The notes: a model not told the origin generated them from the letters alone. Positions 31,162 to 40,839 are shown, counted from the stretch's first letter. The stretch: DNA of 47,430 nucleotides from Candidatus Coatesbacteria bacterium (GCA_016927185.1 JAFGND010000028.1:1-47430), one strand, 5' to 3'. Program-made: numbers and translations.

Positions 31162-32250
31162 CTACAAATCCAGAAACAATGCGAAGTCGAGTTTGTGCTT
31201 TTCCTTGGCTAGTTTTATTAATTTATCAAGGAGCTCATTATATTTAATTCCGCTATACTCCCATAATTTCGGGAACATGCTGATTGAAGTAAATCCTGGA
31301 AGAGTATTCACTTCGTTAACAAAAAAATTCCCTCTGCATAGAAACAGATCAACCCTCGCAAAGCCTGAAACATTCAATATCTTATACGCACTTATTGCAA
31401 GTCTCTTGGCAACATCTACCTGATCAGGATAAAGCTTTGCTGGAATTATCAAGTCTGCTCCATTAGGATCTTCATATTTTGCCTTGTAAGAATAAAACTC
31501 ATGGTTTATGGGGATTATCTCTCCAGGTACTGAGGATTCAGGATATGAATTCCCTATAACAGCACATTCTATTTCCCTTACCTCTGCTCCCTGTTCAATT
31601 ATTATCTTGCTATCAAACTTGAAAGCATTTTTAACGGCTTCTTCAAGCTCTTCCCATGACTTCACTTTCGAAATCCCCACAGAAGAACCAAGGTTTGAAG
31701 GTTTAACAAACAAAGGCAGTTTTAAATGCGATTCAATCCTTTTTCTTGAAACTTCCTCACTATTCCTGAATTCCATGAAAGGAAGAACAGGGATAGAATT
31801 TGCTTCAAGGAGCTTCTTGGAAACTGATTTATCCATGCAAATGGAAGAACTCAATAAATCTGCCCCAACATAAGGAATACCTGCCATCCTGAGAAGTCCC
31901 TGAAGAGTTCCATCTTCACCAAAAGGACCATGAGTAATTGGAAACGCAATATCCACGGACACTATCTGCTTGCTATCACCAAGACTTATAAAACCTCTTG
32001 TTTTAGTATCAGGAATAACCGCAACAGCTGGATATCTCTCAGCTTTTTCTTTCGAAAGTGATGGCAAGTCCTGAGAATCCTCCCATACACTTTCATCACA
32101 AATATGCCATCCTCCTGATTTATCGATTCCAATCAGAATGACATCATATTTGTTTTTGTCCAGTGAGGCATGAATGTTCTTTGCTGAAATCAACGAAATT
32201 TCATGTTCACACGATTTTCCACCGAATATCAAGGCTAAAGTTTCTTTCAT
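31162..32250 (-). CDS. ddl: D-alanine--D-alanine ligase
   Basis: FGGKSCEHEIS, HGPFGEDG, KPSNLGSSVG, FYSYKAKY, NEVNTLPGFT; start ATG 32250. Confidence 0.95.
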   Translation of the reverse strand: MKETLALIFGGKSCEHEISLISAKNIHASLDKNKYDVILIGIDKSGGWHICDESVWEDSQDLPSLSKEKAERYPAVAVIPDTKTRGFISLGDSKQIVSVDIAFPITHGPFGEDGTLQGLLRMAGIPYVGADLLSSSICMDKSVSKKLLEANSIPVLPFMEFRNSEEVSRKRIESHLKLPLFVKPSNLGSSVGISKVKSWEELEEAVKNAFKFDSKIIIEQGAEVREIECAVIGNSYPESSVPGEIIPINHEFYSYKAKYEDPNGADLIIPAKLYPDQVDVAKRLAISAYKILNVSGFARVDLFLCRGNFFVNEVNTLPGFTSISMFPKLWEYSGIKYNELLDKLIKLAKEKHKLDFALFLDL

Positions 32251-32336
32251 TTTCTTTAAGTAAAGAATCAATGAATTTTGAGTCAAGAAATTTCATTATT
32301 GACCATTTAAATATAATTCTTTTATGTGCCGATACT

Positions 32337-32987
32337 ATGATGAAGACTGTTAAAATAATAGAAATATACAACTCAGTTCTTGGTGAAAGCACGTTTTCAG
32401 GACTTCCCGCGACAATAATAAGGTTTGCTGGCTGCAATCTGAGATGCAAATGGTGCGATTCAAAGTTCACATATACAAGAGGTTACAAATACTTCATGAA
32501 TGATATAATTTCTATTGTCAGAAAACAGAAGCATAACTTCGTATTAATAACCGGGGGAGAACCTTTGTTCCAGAGAAACGCAAAAAGCCTGATTAGAAAA
32601 CTTCTTAGAAGCAATAAGCATGTTATTGTAGAAACAAATGGTTCATTCTTGATACCCCGTCTTAATTCAGAAAAGATATCCTGGATAATTGATATCAAAA
32701 CCCCATCAAGTGGTATGCATAAGCATCTTAATCTTGAAAACCTAATTAATTCAAGAAAATTTGATGAAATAAAATGTGTTATCAGCAATAAGGAGGATTT
32801 TGACTATGCTATCAAAAAAATAAAGCTGATTAAAAAAGTCCCTCCATCAAGTATTCTTTTTTCAACAGTATTTGGGGAGATGGAAGCAAAAGAACTTTCC
32901 AGTTTGCTCTTGCATTCAAAGCTGAATTATAGACTTCAGCTGCAAATTCACAAGATAATTTGGCAACCTGATGAAAGAAAGGTTTGA
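32337..32987 (+). CDS. queE: 7-carboxy-7-deazaguanine synthase-like radical SAM protein
   Basis: IRFAGCNLRCKWCDS, ITGGEP, VETNG, QLQIHK; start moved to ATG 32337. Confidence 0.85.
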   Translation: MMKTVKIIEIYNSVLGESTFSGLPATIIRFAGCNLRCKWCDSKFTYTRGYKYFMNDIISIVRKQKHNFVLITGGEPLFQRNAKSLIRKLLRSNKHVIVETNGSFLIPRLNSEKISWIIDIKTPSSGMHKHLNLENLINSRKFDEIKCVISNKEDFDYAIKKIKLIKKVPPSSILFSTVFGEMEAKELSSLLLHSKLNYRLQLQIHKIIWQPDERKV

Positions 32988-32998
32988 AAGGAGAATTT

Positions 32999-33670
32999 AT
33001 GGCAGTAATTGCAATTGACGGTCCAGCAGGTTCAGGAAAAAGTACTACAGCTAAACTGGTTGCCAAAGAGCTTGGTTTCATTTATGTTGATACTGGAGCT
33101 ATGTACAGGGCAGTAGCTTTAGAATCAATAAACAGAAAAGCCAATCTTTCAGATGCTTCAGAAATTGCCGAAATTGCTACCCAACTGAAAATCCACTTCA
33201 AGGAAAAAGAAGATGGTCAACATATCTTTCTTGATGACAAAGATGTTTCTGAAGAAATAAGGAGGAATGAAGTTAGTGAAGCAGCATCAATAATAGCTAC
33301 TTATACAGGAGTCAGAAAGCATCTCGTGAAGATTCAGCAGGACATTGGAAGACACAACAACGTGGTAATGGAAGGAAGAGACATAGGTACTGTAGTATTT
33401 CCTGAAGCGGAAGTGAAAATCTTCATGATAGCTACTTATCCTACTAGAGCGGAGAGAAGACAATCAGACCTGGTCAAAAAGGGAGAAGAAATCAAGATAC
33501 CAGCATTAGTTAATCAGTTGAAAGAAAGAGATTTAAGAGATTCTTCGAGAGAAGACAGTCCACTAATGAAGACTGAAGAATCTATCGTAATTGATACCAC
33601 TTTACTGACAATTGAAGAACAAGTTTCAAAAGTTGTCAATATAGCAAGAGAAAAACTCAATCTAAAGTAG
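32999..33670 (+). CDS. cmk: Cytidylate kinase
   Basis: IAIDGPAGSGKST, DTGAMYR, EGRDIGTVVFP; ATG 32999 after GGAG. Confidence 0.96.
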   Translation: MAVIAIDGPAGSGKSTTAKLVAKELGFIYVDTGAMYRAVALESINRKANLSDASEIAEIATQLKIHFKEKEDGQHIFLDDKDVSEEIRRNEVSEAASIIATYTGVRKHLVKIQQDIGRHNNVVMEGRDIGTVVFPEAEVKIFMIATYPTRAERRQSDLVKKGEEIKIPALVNQLKERDLRDSSREDSPLMKTEESIVIDTTLLTIEEQVSKVVNIAREKLNLK

Positions 33671-34891
33671 TTTGAAAAAAGTATAAGGTCCTTCCGGGAT
33701 TACTGCAATACTTCCCTTTTCGTTTTCAATTAGCTCTTTAGCGCTTTTTGTATCAAGGAATTCAAGAGGAGGAAAAACTGTCTCGCAAAGATAGTCTGAG
33801 CATATTATTACTTGCTTACCAGATGCATATTTCTTCAGAAGCTGAATCTGCCACTGATCCAGTTCCACCTTTTTCTCTTCCGAGAATATGCTGTCAAGAC
33901 TTTCCCAGTCATAATGCTTGCTGAAAAATGATGCAAACCTTTCTGAACCAAATCCCTCACTTCCTTCAAGAAAAAAGTAAATCTTCCCTCCATTCCTGCA
34001 TAAACCCGCAGCTGTAACCAATCCTTTTATCCCCTGATACAACGTGGCATCAAGAGGATAGCCTCCACACCCTGATATAACAACATCATAAAGGTTTCTT
34101 ATTTCCACTGCCTGCTTTCTTGAATAGAAGCCTGATCCTGACTTAAGTGTCTCTTTCATACTTCCGCAAAAAACATCAATAGGTTTCCTGTTTCTGTCAA
34201 TTAAAGCATTTATACAATAAGTTGGTGAACACAAGCTTACTGCTCTTGTAATAAAATCATGAAATGGATTTTTTCTTAGATTTCCGGTCTTGGTTCTCTC
34301 GCTTGCAAGTATTTTATTCCCATGAGAATATGCTATGGCTTCCCAACCGGAAATACCTGGAATAATTGCTTTTCTGCCTCCTGAAAATCCAGCCATGAAA
34401 TGAGGTTCAATCAATCCTATTGCTATCTTGAGATCCGAATTAACATATTGCTTGTTCAGCTTTATAGGGATTTCATCAATAACTCCAACCTGTACAAGAT
34501 TATTTTCATCTTTATAATCATGTGAAGAAGCAAAGGCTAAATAATCTGATGGAATCATCTCTGTCATTTCTTCCTTTGTACTGTTTCGATGTGTCCCTGT
34601 TCCAATCAAAATCTTGATTTCTCTACATGCAAGAATCTTGAGCAAGGGAGATAGCAGTTCCATGGTTGGACAAGCTCTTGTATGATCAGGAATTACAATG
34701 CAAACCGATTTGAATCCCTTGTGATTATTCAAAAAATCGAATAATTTCCTCTTGTATTTTACAAAAAGGTTCTTCTCTGCTTTTATGTCTTTTGTATTAA
34801 AGATGTCTATTCTGGAAGCTTTTTCTGATATAAAAACTGACAATCCTGATTTGCCGAAAACTAATTCGACTTTCAAGCAATCTAATGTCAT
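33662..34891 (-). CDS. larA: LarA-family nickel-pincer-dependent racemase/epimerase
   Basis: PDHTR, GTGTH, EPHFMAGFSGGRK, SHG, GYPLD.TLYQGIKG; substrate unknown. Confidence 0.85.
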   Translation of the reverse strand: MTLDCLKVELVFGKSGLSVFISEKASRIDIFNTKDIKAEKNLFVKYKRKLFDFLNNHKGFKSVCIVIPDHTRACPTMELLSPLLKILACREIKILIGTGTHRNSTKEEMTEMIPSDYLAFASSHDYKDENNLVQVGVIDEIPIKLNKQYVNSDLKIAIGLIEPHFMAGFSGGRKAIIPGISGWEAIAYSHGNKILASERTKTGNLRKNPFHDFITRAVSLCSPTYCINALIDRNRKPIDVFCGSMKETLKSGSGFYSRKQAVEIRNLYDVVISGCGGYPLDATLYQGIKGLVTAAGLCRNGGKIYFFLEGSEGFGSERFASFFSKHYDWESLDSIFSEEKKVELDQWQIQLLKKYASGKQVIICSDYLCETVFPPLEFLDTKSAKELIENEKGSIAVIPEGPYTFFKLL

Positions 34892-34950
34892 TTCCTGAAC
34901 TTCACCGCTTCATAAATTTAGCATTGATTTGTCTTTATTATTAACCGATA

Positions 34951-37200
34951 CTACTCAGCAGATAAACGCACTACTCTGAAACCAACATCTATCCGTGAAT
35001 ATTCAGGTTTTGCCTTGTCTCTTGAGGAGCATCTTATTTCATCAGCTTTAGACAGGAAACTTCCACCCCTAATGACCTTGTAAATACCTTTATCTGGACC
35101 TGCTGGATGGACTCCCTTCTTGTAATCATAAAAATCTGCCTGATACCAATCCTTGCACCATTCAGCTGCATTACCTGCCATTTCAAAAACATCATAATCA
35201 TTGGCTCCAAAAGAACCTACTGGAACAGGTCCAAGAAGTCCCTGCAAGGGTATTCTTTCTTTTATTTGATTTCCCTGCAAACCAGAAAAATTAGCCAGTG
35301 TTTGTGGAGATGAATCACCCCAGGGATATGTTCTGTTTGAAAGTCCTCCTCTTGCAGCTTTTTCCCATTGAGCTTCAGTCGGGAGAAAACCTTTTGCCCA
35401 GTTTGCATATTCATTTGCACCAAACCAGGTAATCCCAAGTATCGGGAACTTCTCCCTGCCTTCTCTTACTGCATAACCTTCATCTGTTTTTACTATAAAT
35501 CCAAGATTAAGAGCTTTACCTAGCCATTTTTGTTCATTTTGTTTTGATTTGTCGAAATTAGAATTCAGAAATTTGGCATATTGCTCAACTGTGACTTCAT
35601 ACTCATAAATCCAGAAGCCCTCTATATTATCTCCATGAAGCGGCTGTTCATCCTTCCTCCCCTTTAGACTCCCCATTATGAACTCACCATCTTGAATATA
35701 TGACATCTGAGCATCATCTATTGAATTGACAACCATTTTCAAAGGTTCCAGCCTGACAAGCACATCTGTCGTTTCACCAGTCTTGACTGTTATATTCAAA
35801 TCCTTGTCCTGAAAACCTGGATTAATAACTTTTATCCTTTTTTCCCCCACTAATACGTCTTCAACAATAACATTGCTTTGAAGAAGAGTAGAATCTCCAG
35901 AGCTGCCATAAAGCTTGAATTTTGCCCCACCGGGTACAGATCTTACGTATAAATAACCATACTCTAGTTTCTTGACCTCTTTTTTCTTGTATAGCGAGGT
36001 TATTACATAATAAGATGGAATTATGAAAACCCCTCCGATTATTATAACAACGAAGACTATCTTCATTAAGGATAAAAACCTGTATAAACTGGATCTTGAA
36101 GATCTCATATCCAGATCTTTTGTAGCATCAAGTTTTTCATCATCCCATGCTTCAGCAGTTTTATTATCTGAACCATCCTCAGTAGGGATATCAGATTGAT
36201 CTCCCAGTTGAGATTTCGGTTTCACATCCTTGTTTTTCATCTGTTCCTGTAAGGTTGAAACAAGTGATTCAGTTACAGAAAGTTCCTCCTGCTTTTCTCC
36301 CTCGCTTATCCTAACAACCTGTCTTTTTAGAAGTGATTGTTCAAGACTGTATACATTAGGAAACCTTAAGTCTGGTTCTTTTTCAAGACAGTTGAAAACC
36401 ACCTCTTCAAACCATTCCGGGATATCCAATCCTTTTGATTTGAGGCTCGGAGGAGCTTCAAACAGGTGAAATCTCATCATCTCAGATGGATTTTCAGCCT
36501 GGAAAGGAAGCTCACCTGTAGCCATTTGATAAAACATTACACCAATTGCATATATATCGCTTCTCTGATCCGCCTTTCCACCAAATTGCTCAGGTGACAT
36601 ATAATGTGGAGTGCCAAGCAATCCAGAGCTTAATGGGGTATTAAAAACTGCATAAGCAATCCCGAAATCCATTATCTTTACAGTCCCGTCTTCAGAAAAC
36701 ATTATATTAGAAGGTTTCAAGTCTCTGTGAATTATACCCCTTCTATGTGTCTTGATCAATCCACTGCATATTTGAAGGCCTATTTCTCTTATCCTTTCAA
36801 CAGGTAGAGGAGCATTCTTGTCTATAAAGTCTTTAAGACGCTCCCCTTTTATATATTCCATTACTATATAATACAAGTTCTTTTCAGTTCCATAATCGTA
36901 TATAAAAACTATATTTGGATGAGATATCTGACCTGCTATAACAGCTTCTCTTGCAAATCTTGCAACAGCATCCTTATTCTGTGCGAAATCCTGTGGCAGG
37001 ATTTTGACAGCTACTTCCCTGTGAAGTTTCTGATCATAGGCAAGATAAACTGTTCCCATACCACCTATTCCAAGTTTCCTTTGAACCTTGAAACGGTTGT
37101 CTACTATCCAGCCTATATAGGGATCACTACTATCTGCACCGCAATTATCGCAAATAGTAAGTCTCTCGCTAAGCTCCTTACCGCAATTCCTGCAAAACAT
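34951..37200 (-). CDS. Hanks-type Ser/Thr kinase with N-terminal zinc ribbon, TM helix, PEGA domain and C-terminal FGE-sulfatase (SUMF1) domain
   Basis: CRNC..CDNC, GIGGMG, VAVK, HRDLKPSN, DFG, YMSPE; TM helix; YVRSVPGGA; LPTEAQWEKAARGG, MAGNAAEW, RGGS, GFR. Confidence 0.93.
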   Translation of the reverse strand: MFCRNCGKELSERLTICDNCGADSSDPYIGWIVDNRFKVQRKLGIGGMGTVYLAYDQKLHREVAVKILPQDFAQNKDAVARFAREAVIAGQISHPNIVFIYDYGTEKNLYYIVMEYIKGERLKDFIDKNAPLPVERIREIGLQICSGLIKTHRRGIIHRDLKPSNIMFSEDGTVKIMDFGIAYAVFNTPLSSGLLGTPHYMSPEQFGGKADQRSDIYAIGVMFYQMATGELPFQAENPSEMMRFHLFEAPPSLKSKGLDIPEWFEEVVFNCLEKEPDLRFPNVYSLEQSLLKRQVVRISEGEKQEELSVTESLVSTLQEQMKNKDVKPKSQLGDQSDIPTEDGSDNKTAEAWDDEKLDATKDLDMRSSRSSLYRFLSLMKIVFVVIIIGGVFIIPSYYVITSLYKKKEVKKLEYGYLYVRSVPGGAKFKLYGSSGDSTLLQSNVIVEDVLVGEKRIKVINPGFQDKDLNITVKTGETTDVLVRLEPLKMVVNSIDDAQMSYIQDGEFIMGSLKGRKDEQPLHGDNIEGFWIYEYEVTVEQYAKFLNSNFDKSKQNEQKWLGKALNLGFIVKTDEGYAVREGREKFPILGITWFGANEYANWAKGFLPTEAQWEKAARGGLSNRTYPWGDSSPQTLANFSGLQGNQIKERIPLQGLLGPVPVGSFGANDYDVFEMAGNAAEWCKDWYQADFYDYKKGVHPAGPDKGIYKVIRGGSFLSKADEIRCSSRDKAKPEYSRIDVGFRVVRLSAE

Positions 37201-37284
37201 TCTTTCCTGACATCAATATGTTTTTGAAAATGCTCATGGTTTAGAATTATCTTAAATAGTCAATAATATTCTAAAAATCATTAA

Positions 37285-38217
37285 TCATTCTGCCTTGATT
37301 TTACGCACTTCATAACTATATGAACTGTTCTTGTTGCCTTGCATGTTTGAAGCAATAAACTGCCCACAATTACTGCCTATCTTGTTTTCTTCAAATTCAC
37401 CAATGCTTACAATCACTTCATAACCATTTTCTCTGAGTTCATCAATAAGCTCAATGCTTTCCCCTTTTAACAAATCAAGAGAAGAAATACCATTCTGCAT
37501 TACTCTTATTGTTGGATTCAAAGGCGTCACTTTAATGAGGAATATTTTGGGATCAAAAAAGCTTTTTAATTTCCTTGCATCAATACTGAATCTATTTGAT
37601 AATGCAAAATTCAATGTTATCTTCTTGTCTCCATTGTAATAATTCTCACAGTACTTCGATATTTTTTCGAAATTCCATTTCTTTACAGGTATCAGCCAAT
37701 CCCTTGTTTCCTCATCTGTTGAATGAATTGAGAACTGCAACTGGAAATTATCTGAATAATATTCTTTCTTTATTTCAAGCAATTCCCTGAAAAACAAATC
37801 ATTTCCTTCAGGTGCAATCGTTGAAAGAGATATCACCAGATTGCCTGATGGATAGCTTGAAGGCAATTTCCTTATTAATTCAAGCACTTCCATATTAAAC
37901 GAAGGTTCACCCATCCTTGAAAACTGGATCTTGAACTTCTTCGTTTTTGCTTCATTGCATTTGAATCTATTGAATATCATCCATTCAATTTGTCTTGACA
38001 TTTCTTCAAAGCTTAGTTTTCCCTTGTAATCAAGACCTGCATCACAAATCCTGCATTTTACTGGACAACCATATAATGTAGAGATTATCAACACCCACTT
38101 GTCTTCAATAGTCAATGGAGGCTGAAGCGATTCCACAAATTCCAGTCTACCTTTAGCAGTTTCAGCTAAATAGACTATTGCTATATCTTCTCTTCCAGCT
38201 TTTGCAAAGATTTCCAT
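37285..38217 (-). CDS. RlmN/Cfr-like radical SAM protein, atypical
   Basis: GCPVKCRIC, MGEP, SIH and C-terminal NCGQ are present; the N-terminal domain is short and the C118-equivalent Cys is absent. Confidence 0.8.
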   Translation of the reverse strand: MEIFAKAGREDIAIVYLAETAKGRLEFVESLQPPLTIEDKWVLIISTLYGCPVKCRICDAGLDYKGKLSFEEMSRQIEWMIFNRFKCNEAKTKKFKIQFSRMGEPSFNMEVLELIRKLPSSYPSGNLVISLSTIAPEGNDLFFRELLEIKKEYYSDNFQLQFSIHSTDEETRDWLIPVKKWNFEKISKYCENYYNGDKKITLNFALSNRFSIDARKLKSFFDPKIFLIKVTPLNPTIRVMQNGISSLDLLKGESIELIDELRENGYEVIVSIGEFEENKIGSNCGQFIASNMQGNKNSSYSYEVRKIKAE

Positions 38218-39086
38218 TTCTTCCTTAGTATCTCACTTATCTTAACTGCAGCAAGCACACCATTTCCAACACAAATTGAAACCTGTCTGTTACTCGAATT
38301 TGTTACATCACCAATATAATATATCATATCCTTTGGAATCAAGTTTTCTTCCATGTTTTTCTTTCCCATGAATTCAAGGTTTGGTTTTCTGCCTATTGCA
38401 AATACCAGCAAGTCGGCTACCAGAATTCTCTTGTCTGTGCATGTAACAATTATCTCATTGTTCTTTTGCTGTATATCTTCCACAGTAGTATCAGGTAAAT
38501 ATTTTATGCCCTTGATCCTGGATGCTTTTTCATAAAGTAAATCCAGACACTTATATCTCTTGCTTCTTCCCACAATCCATATCCTGTTTCTCGGGGCAAG
38601 GCTTAATGCATAATCAAAAGCACAATCTCCACTACCAAGGATGATTATCCGTTTTTTTGAAACTCCCTTTATTATATCAATCTCTGTGAAAAAACGTCTT
38701 CTTGTATCCACTGAATCAAGAATAACTGGCAGTTTTATCCCTGTTGTTCCAGAAGCCACTATCAAATATTCTGTCTGAATTATTCTCTTATTTGTTAATA
38801 TATTAATGGATTGATTGAAATTGACCTTGAGAGCTTTTTCAAAATCAATTACCCCTCCTATATCTTTGTATTGCTTCAAGAAAAGATTAGCTAGATCAAC
38901 TCCCTTTATCCCATTCGGAAATCCAGGATAGTTTTCTATCAAATTTGCATTGAGCATCAAGCCACCAGGTTTTGATTGTTCAAGAATAATGGTTTTTATT
39001 TTATTCCTTTTTAATTGAATTGCTGCTGAAATGCCTGAAGGTCCAGCTCCAATAATCAAAACCTCAGTTTTCAGGATTGTACTCAT
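38181..39086 (-). CDS. TrxB-fold NAD(P)/FAD oxidoreductase lacking the CxxC disulfide
   Basis: IIGAGPSG, IENYPGF, VASG, ILGSGD, AIGRKPN, IGDV; no CxxC before the second Rossmann motif. Confidence 0.85.
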   Translation of the reverse strand: MSTILKTEVLIIGAGPSGISAAIQLKRNKIKTIILEQSKPGGLMLNANLIENYPGFPNGIKGVDLANLFLKQYKDIGGVIDFEKALKVNFNQSINILTNKRIIQTEYLIVASGTTGIKLPVILDSVDTRRRFFTEIDIIKGVSKKRIIILGSGDCAFDYALSLAPRNRIWIVGRSKRYKCLDLLYEKASRIKGIKYLPDTTVEDIQQKNNEIIVTCTDKRILVADLLVFAIGRKPNLEFMGKKNMEENLIPKDMIYYIGDVTNSSNRQVSICVGNGVLAAVKISEILRKKWKSLQKLEEKI

Positions 39087-39094
39087 TTATCCTA

Positions 39095-40495
39095 TCACGA
39101 CCGTAATACTTCCCTGATATCGATATCGTATTTTTTAATATAATTATATACAGTCCTTAATGTAACATTAAGCTGCTTAGCTGTTTCCTTCAAATCTCCG
39201 CCGGTAGATTTTATCACCTTAATAAGGATTTCTTTCTCAGCATCCTGCAAATTTGTTGGCGTATTCTTGATAGTAATACCTGGTTGAGTATTAATCAAGG
39301 CTTCATCCTCCATGGCAAGGTCTTCTTCTCCAATTGACTTCTTATTCTCAAGTAGAAGCAATGTCTTTTCAAGGGTATTTTCCAGCTGTCTTACATTGCC
39401 CTGCCATGAATGATTAATCAATACTGACATTGCATCTTTTGAAATCTGTATGGTTTCTTCAAAACCAATTTTCTGCGAAAGAGTTTTCAGATAATAATCT
39501 ACCAGTAATGGTATATCCTTTTTTCTCTCTCTCAAAGGCGGGATTGCAATATCAAAAACCTTTATTCTGTGATAAAAATCAAGTCTTATGCTTCCCTCAT
39601 TTACCAGTCTTGTTATATCTTGATTAGTAGCTGCTATTATTCTTGCATCAGTTCTTTCCTCTTTTTCACTGCCAAGTGGAGTGAATGACCTGTCCTGCAT
39701 TACTCTTAGCAATTTTGCCTGAACATCATGAGGCATTTCCCCTACTTCATCAAGGAGTAGTGTACCACCTTTTGCGATTGCAAGTTTACCCTTTTTATCT
39801 TTGTATGCTCCTGTAAATGCACCTTTCATATGACCAAACAGCTCAGACTCCAGAAGTTCGCCTAACGTAGCGCAATTCAATGCTACAAACAAGCCTGGTC
39901 TTTTGCTGAGCATATGAATAGATCGTGCAACAAGCTCTTTTCCTGTACCAGTTTCACCAAGTATCAATACGGGAGAATCCTGAGTTGCGACCCTCTTTAT
40001 TAGCTCATAAACTCGCTTCATTTGGTCAGTTTCACCAATCATGAAACCAAAATGCAGGTTGAAATCAGTTGTGGAGGCTGCTTTTCTAACTATTTTCTGT
40101 ACATTCGGAAAAAGCCTCTTCCCAACTCCCAGAGATATGCTTTTTTCGGAATTCTCTAATGCTACTTCTTCTCCTAAAGCTGGTATCTCCAAGGTATCGG
40201 TCTCTTCCTCCTCTTTTGAAACTACTATCAGAAATGGCTTAATGCTGACTTCACATTTAGAGGAATTTATCTCAGACGAACTTATCTTCCTGTCTTTGAT
40301 ATATGTTCCATTTGTACTTCCCATGTCTTCTATAATGAAACCTTCTTCTGTTTCTGTTATTCTTGCATGTATCTTTGAAATATATTCATGCTTCAATACT
40401 ATATCATTTTGAGTTGATCTTCCAATGAGAATGGATTTCCCTGAGAAAATTGTTTCATAAATAACATTGTTATTCTGGTAAACAAATATTTTCAT
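39095..40495 (-). CDS. FHA-domain sigma54-dependent enhancer-binding protein
   Basis: FHA motifs IGR, ISKIHA, DMGSTNGT; AAA+ motifs GETGTGKE, ESELFGH, GAFTGA, LDEVGE, WQGNVRQL; Fis-type HTH. Confidence 0.95.
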   Translation of the reverse strand: MKIFVYQNNNVIYETIFSGKSILIGRSTQNDIVLKHEYISKIHARITETEEGFIIEDMGSTNGTYIKDRKISSSEINSSKCEVSIKPFLIVVSKEEEETDTLEIPALGEEVALENSEKSISLGVGKRLFPNVQKIVRKAASTTDFNLHFGFMIGETDQMKRVYELIKRVATQDSPVLILGETGTGKELVARSIHMLSKRPGLFVALNCATLGELLESELFGHMKGAFTGAYKDKKGKLAIAKGGTLLLDEVGEMPHDVQAKLLRVMQDRSFTPLGSEKEERTDARIIAATNQDITRLVNEGSIRLDFYHRIKVFDIAIPPLRERKKDIPLLVDYYLKTLSQKIGFEETIQISKDAMSVLINHSWQGNVRQLENTLEKTLLLLENKKSIGEEDLAMEDEALINTQPGITIKNTPTNLQDAEKEILIKVIKSTGGDLKETAKQLNVTLRTVYNYIKKYDIDIREVLRS

Positions 40496-40608
40496 ATCGT
40501 TTGTAGGATATTGAATTTATGGCTTTTCAGTCAAGATTTTTCAAAATACTTAATTCAAAACCTACTTTATTCTTGACTTAAACCATTTTTTTAAATGCCC
40601 ATACCTCC

Positions 40609-40839
40609 ATGAACTTTGAAAAACCAGCAACATTGATAAGCAAAAAGGGTAATACTGGCTTAATCAAATTGGATGATGACATAATAGAGATGGATATCAG
40701 TTCCGTTCCTGAAGCAAAAATAGGGGACTACCTGCTTATAAAGGAAGGAAAAGTTGTCTGCATTTATGAATATGACGACATCAAGAATTCTTATGCAAAG
40801 AATATGTCATCAATTGAAACGGATTCTGAAATTGGATAA
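40609..40839 (+). CDS. HypC/HupF-like small protein, degenerate
   Basis: P.TLI..KG..G.I...D.S.VPEAKIGDYLLI..G matches the HypC OB-fold pattern; conserved Cys2 and His absent. Confidence 0.6.
   Translation: MNFEKPATLISKKGNTGLIKLDDDIIEMDISSVPEAKIGDYLLIKEGKVVCIYEYDDIKNSYAKNMSSIETDSEIG

Noticed and set aside
31162..32250. Vancomycin-resistance type D-Ala-D-Lac ligase
   Set aside because: The omega loop FYSYKAKY has the Tyr typical of D-Ala-D-Ala ligases, and no vanH/vanX genes are adjacent.
32163..32336. Extended starts of queE and ddl
   Set aside because: They would overlap head to head; conserved N-termini begin at 32337 and 32250.
32337..32987. queE as part of a dpd DNA-modification defence island
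   Set aside because: No dpdA, queC or queD nearby; neighbours are housekeeping genes.
34951..35150. FGE-sulfatase C-terminus as a diversity-generating retroelement target
   Set aside because: The fold is a common DGR target, but no template repeat or reverse transcriptase was seen in the window.
37285..38217. Cfr resistance methyltransferase or canonical rlmN
   Set aside because: Lacks the resolving Cys that both require, so no gene symbol was assigned.
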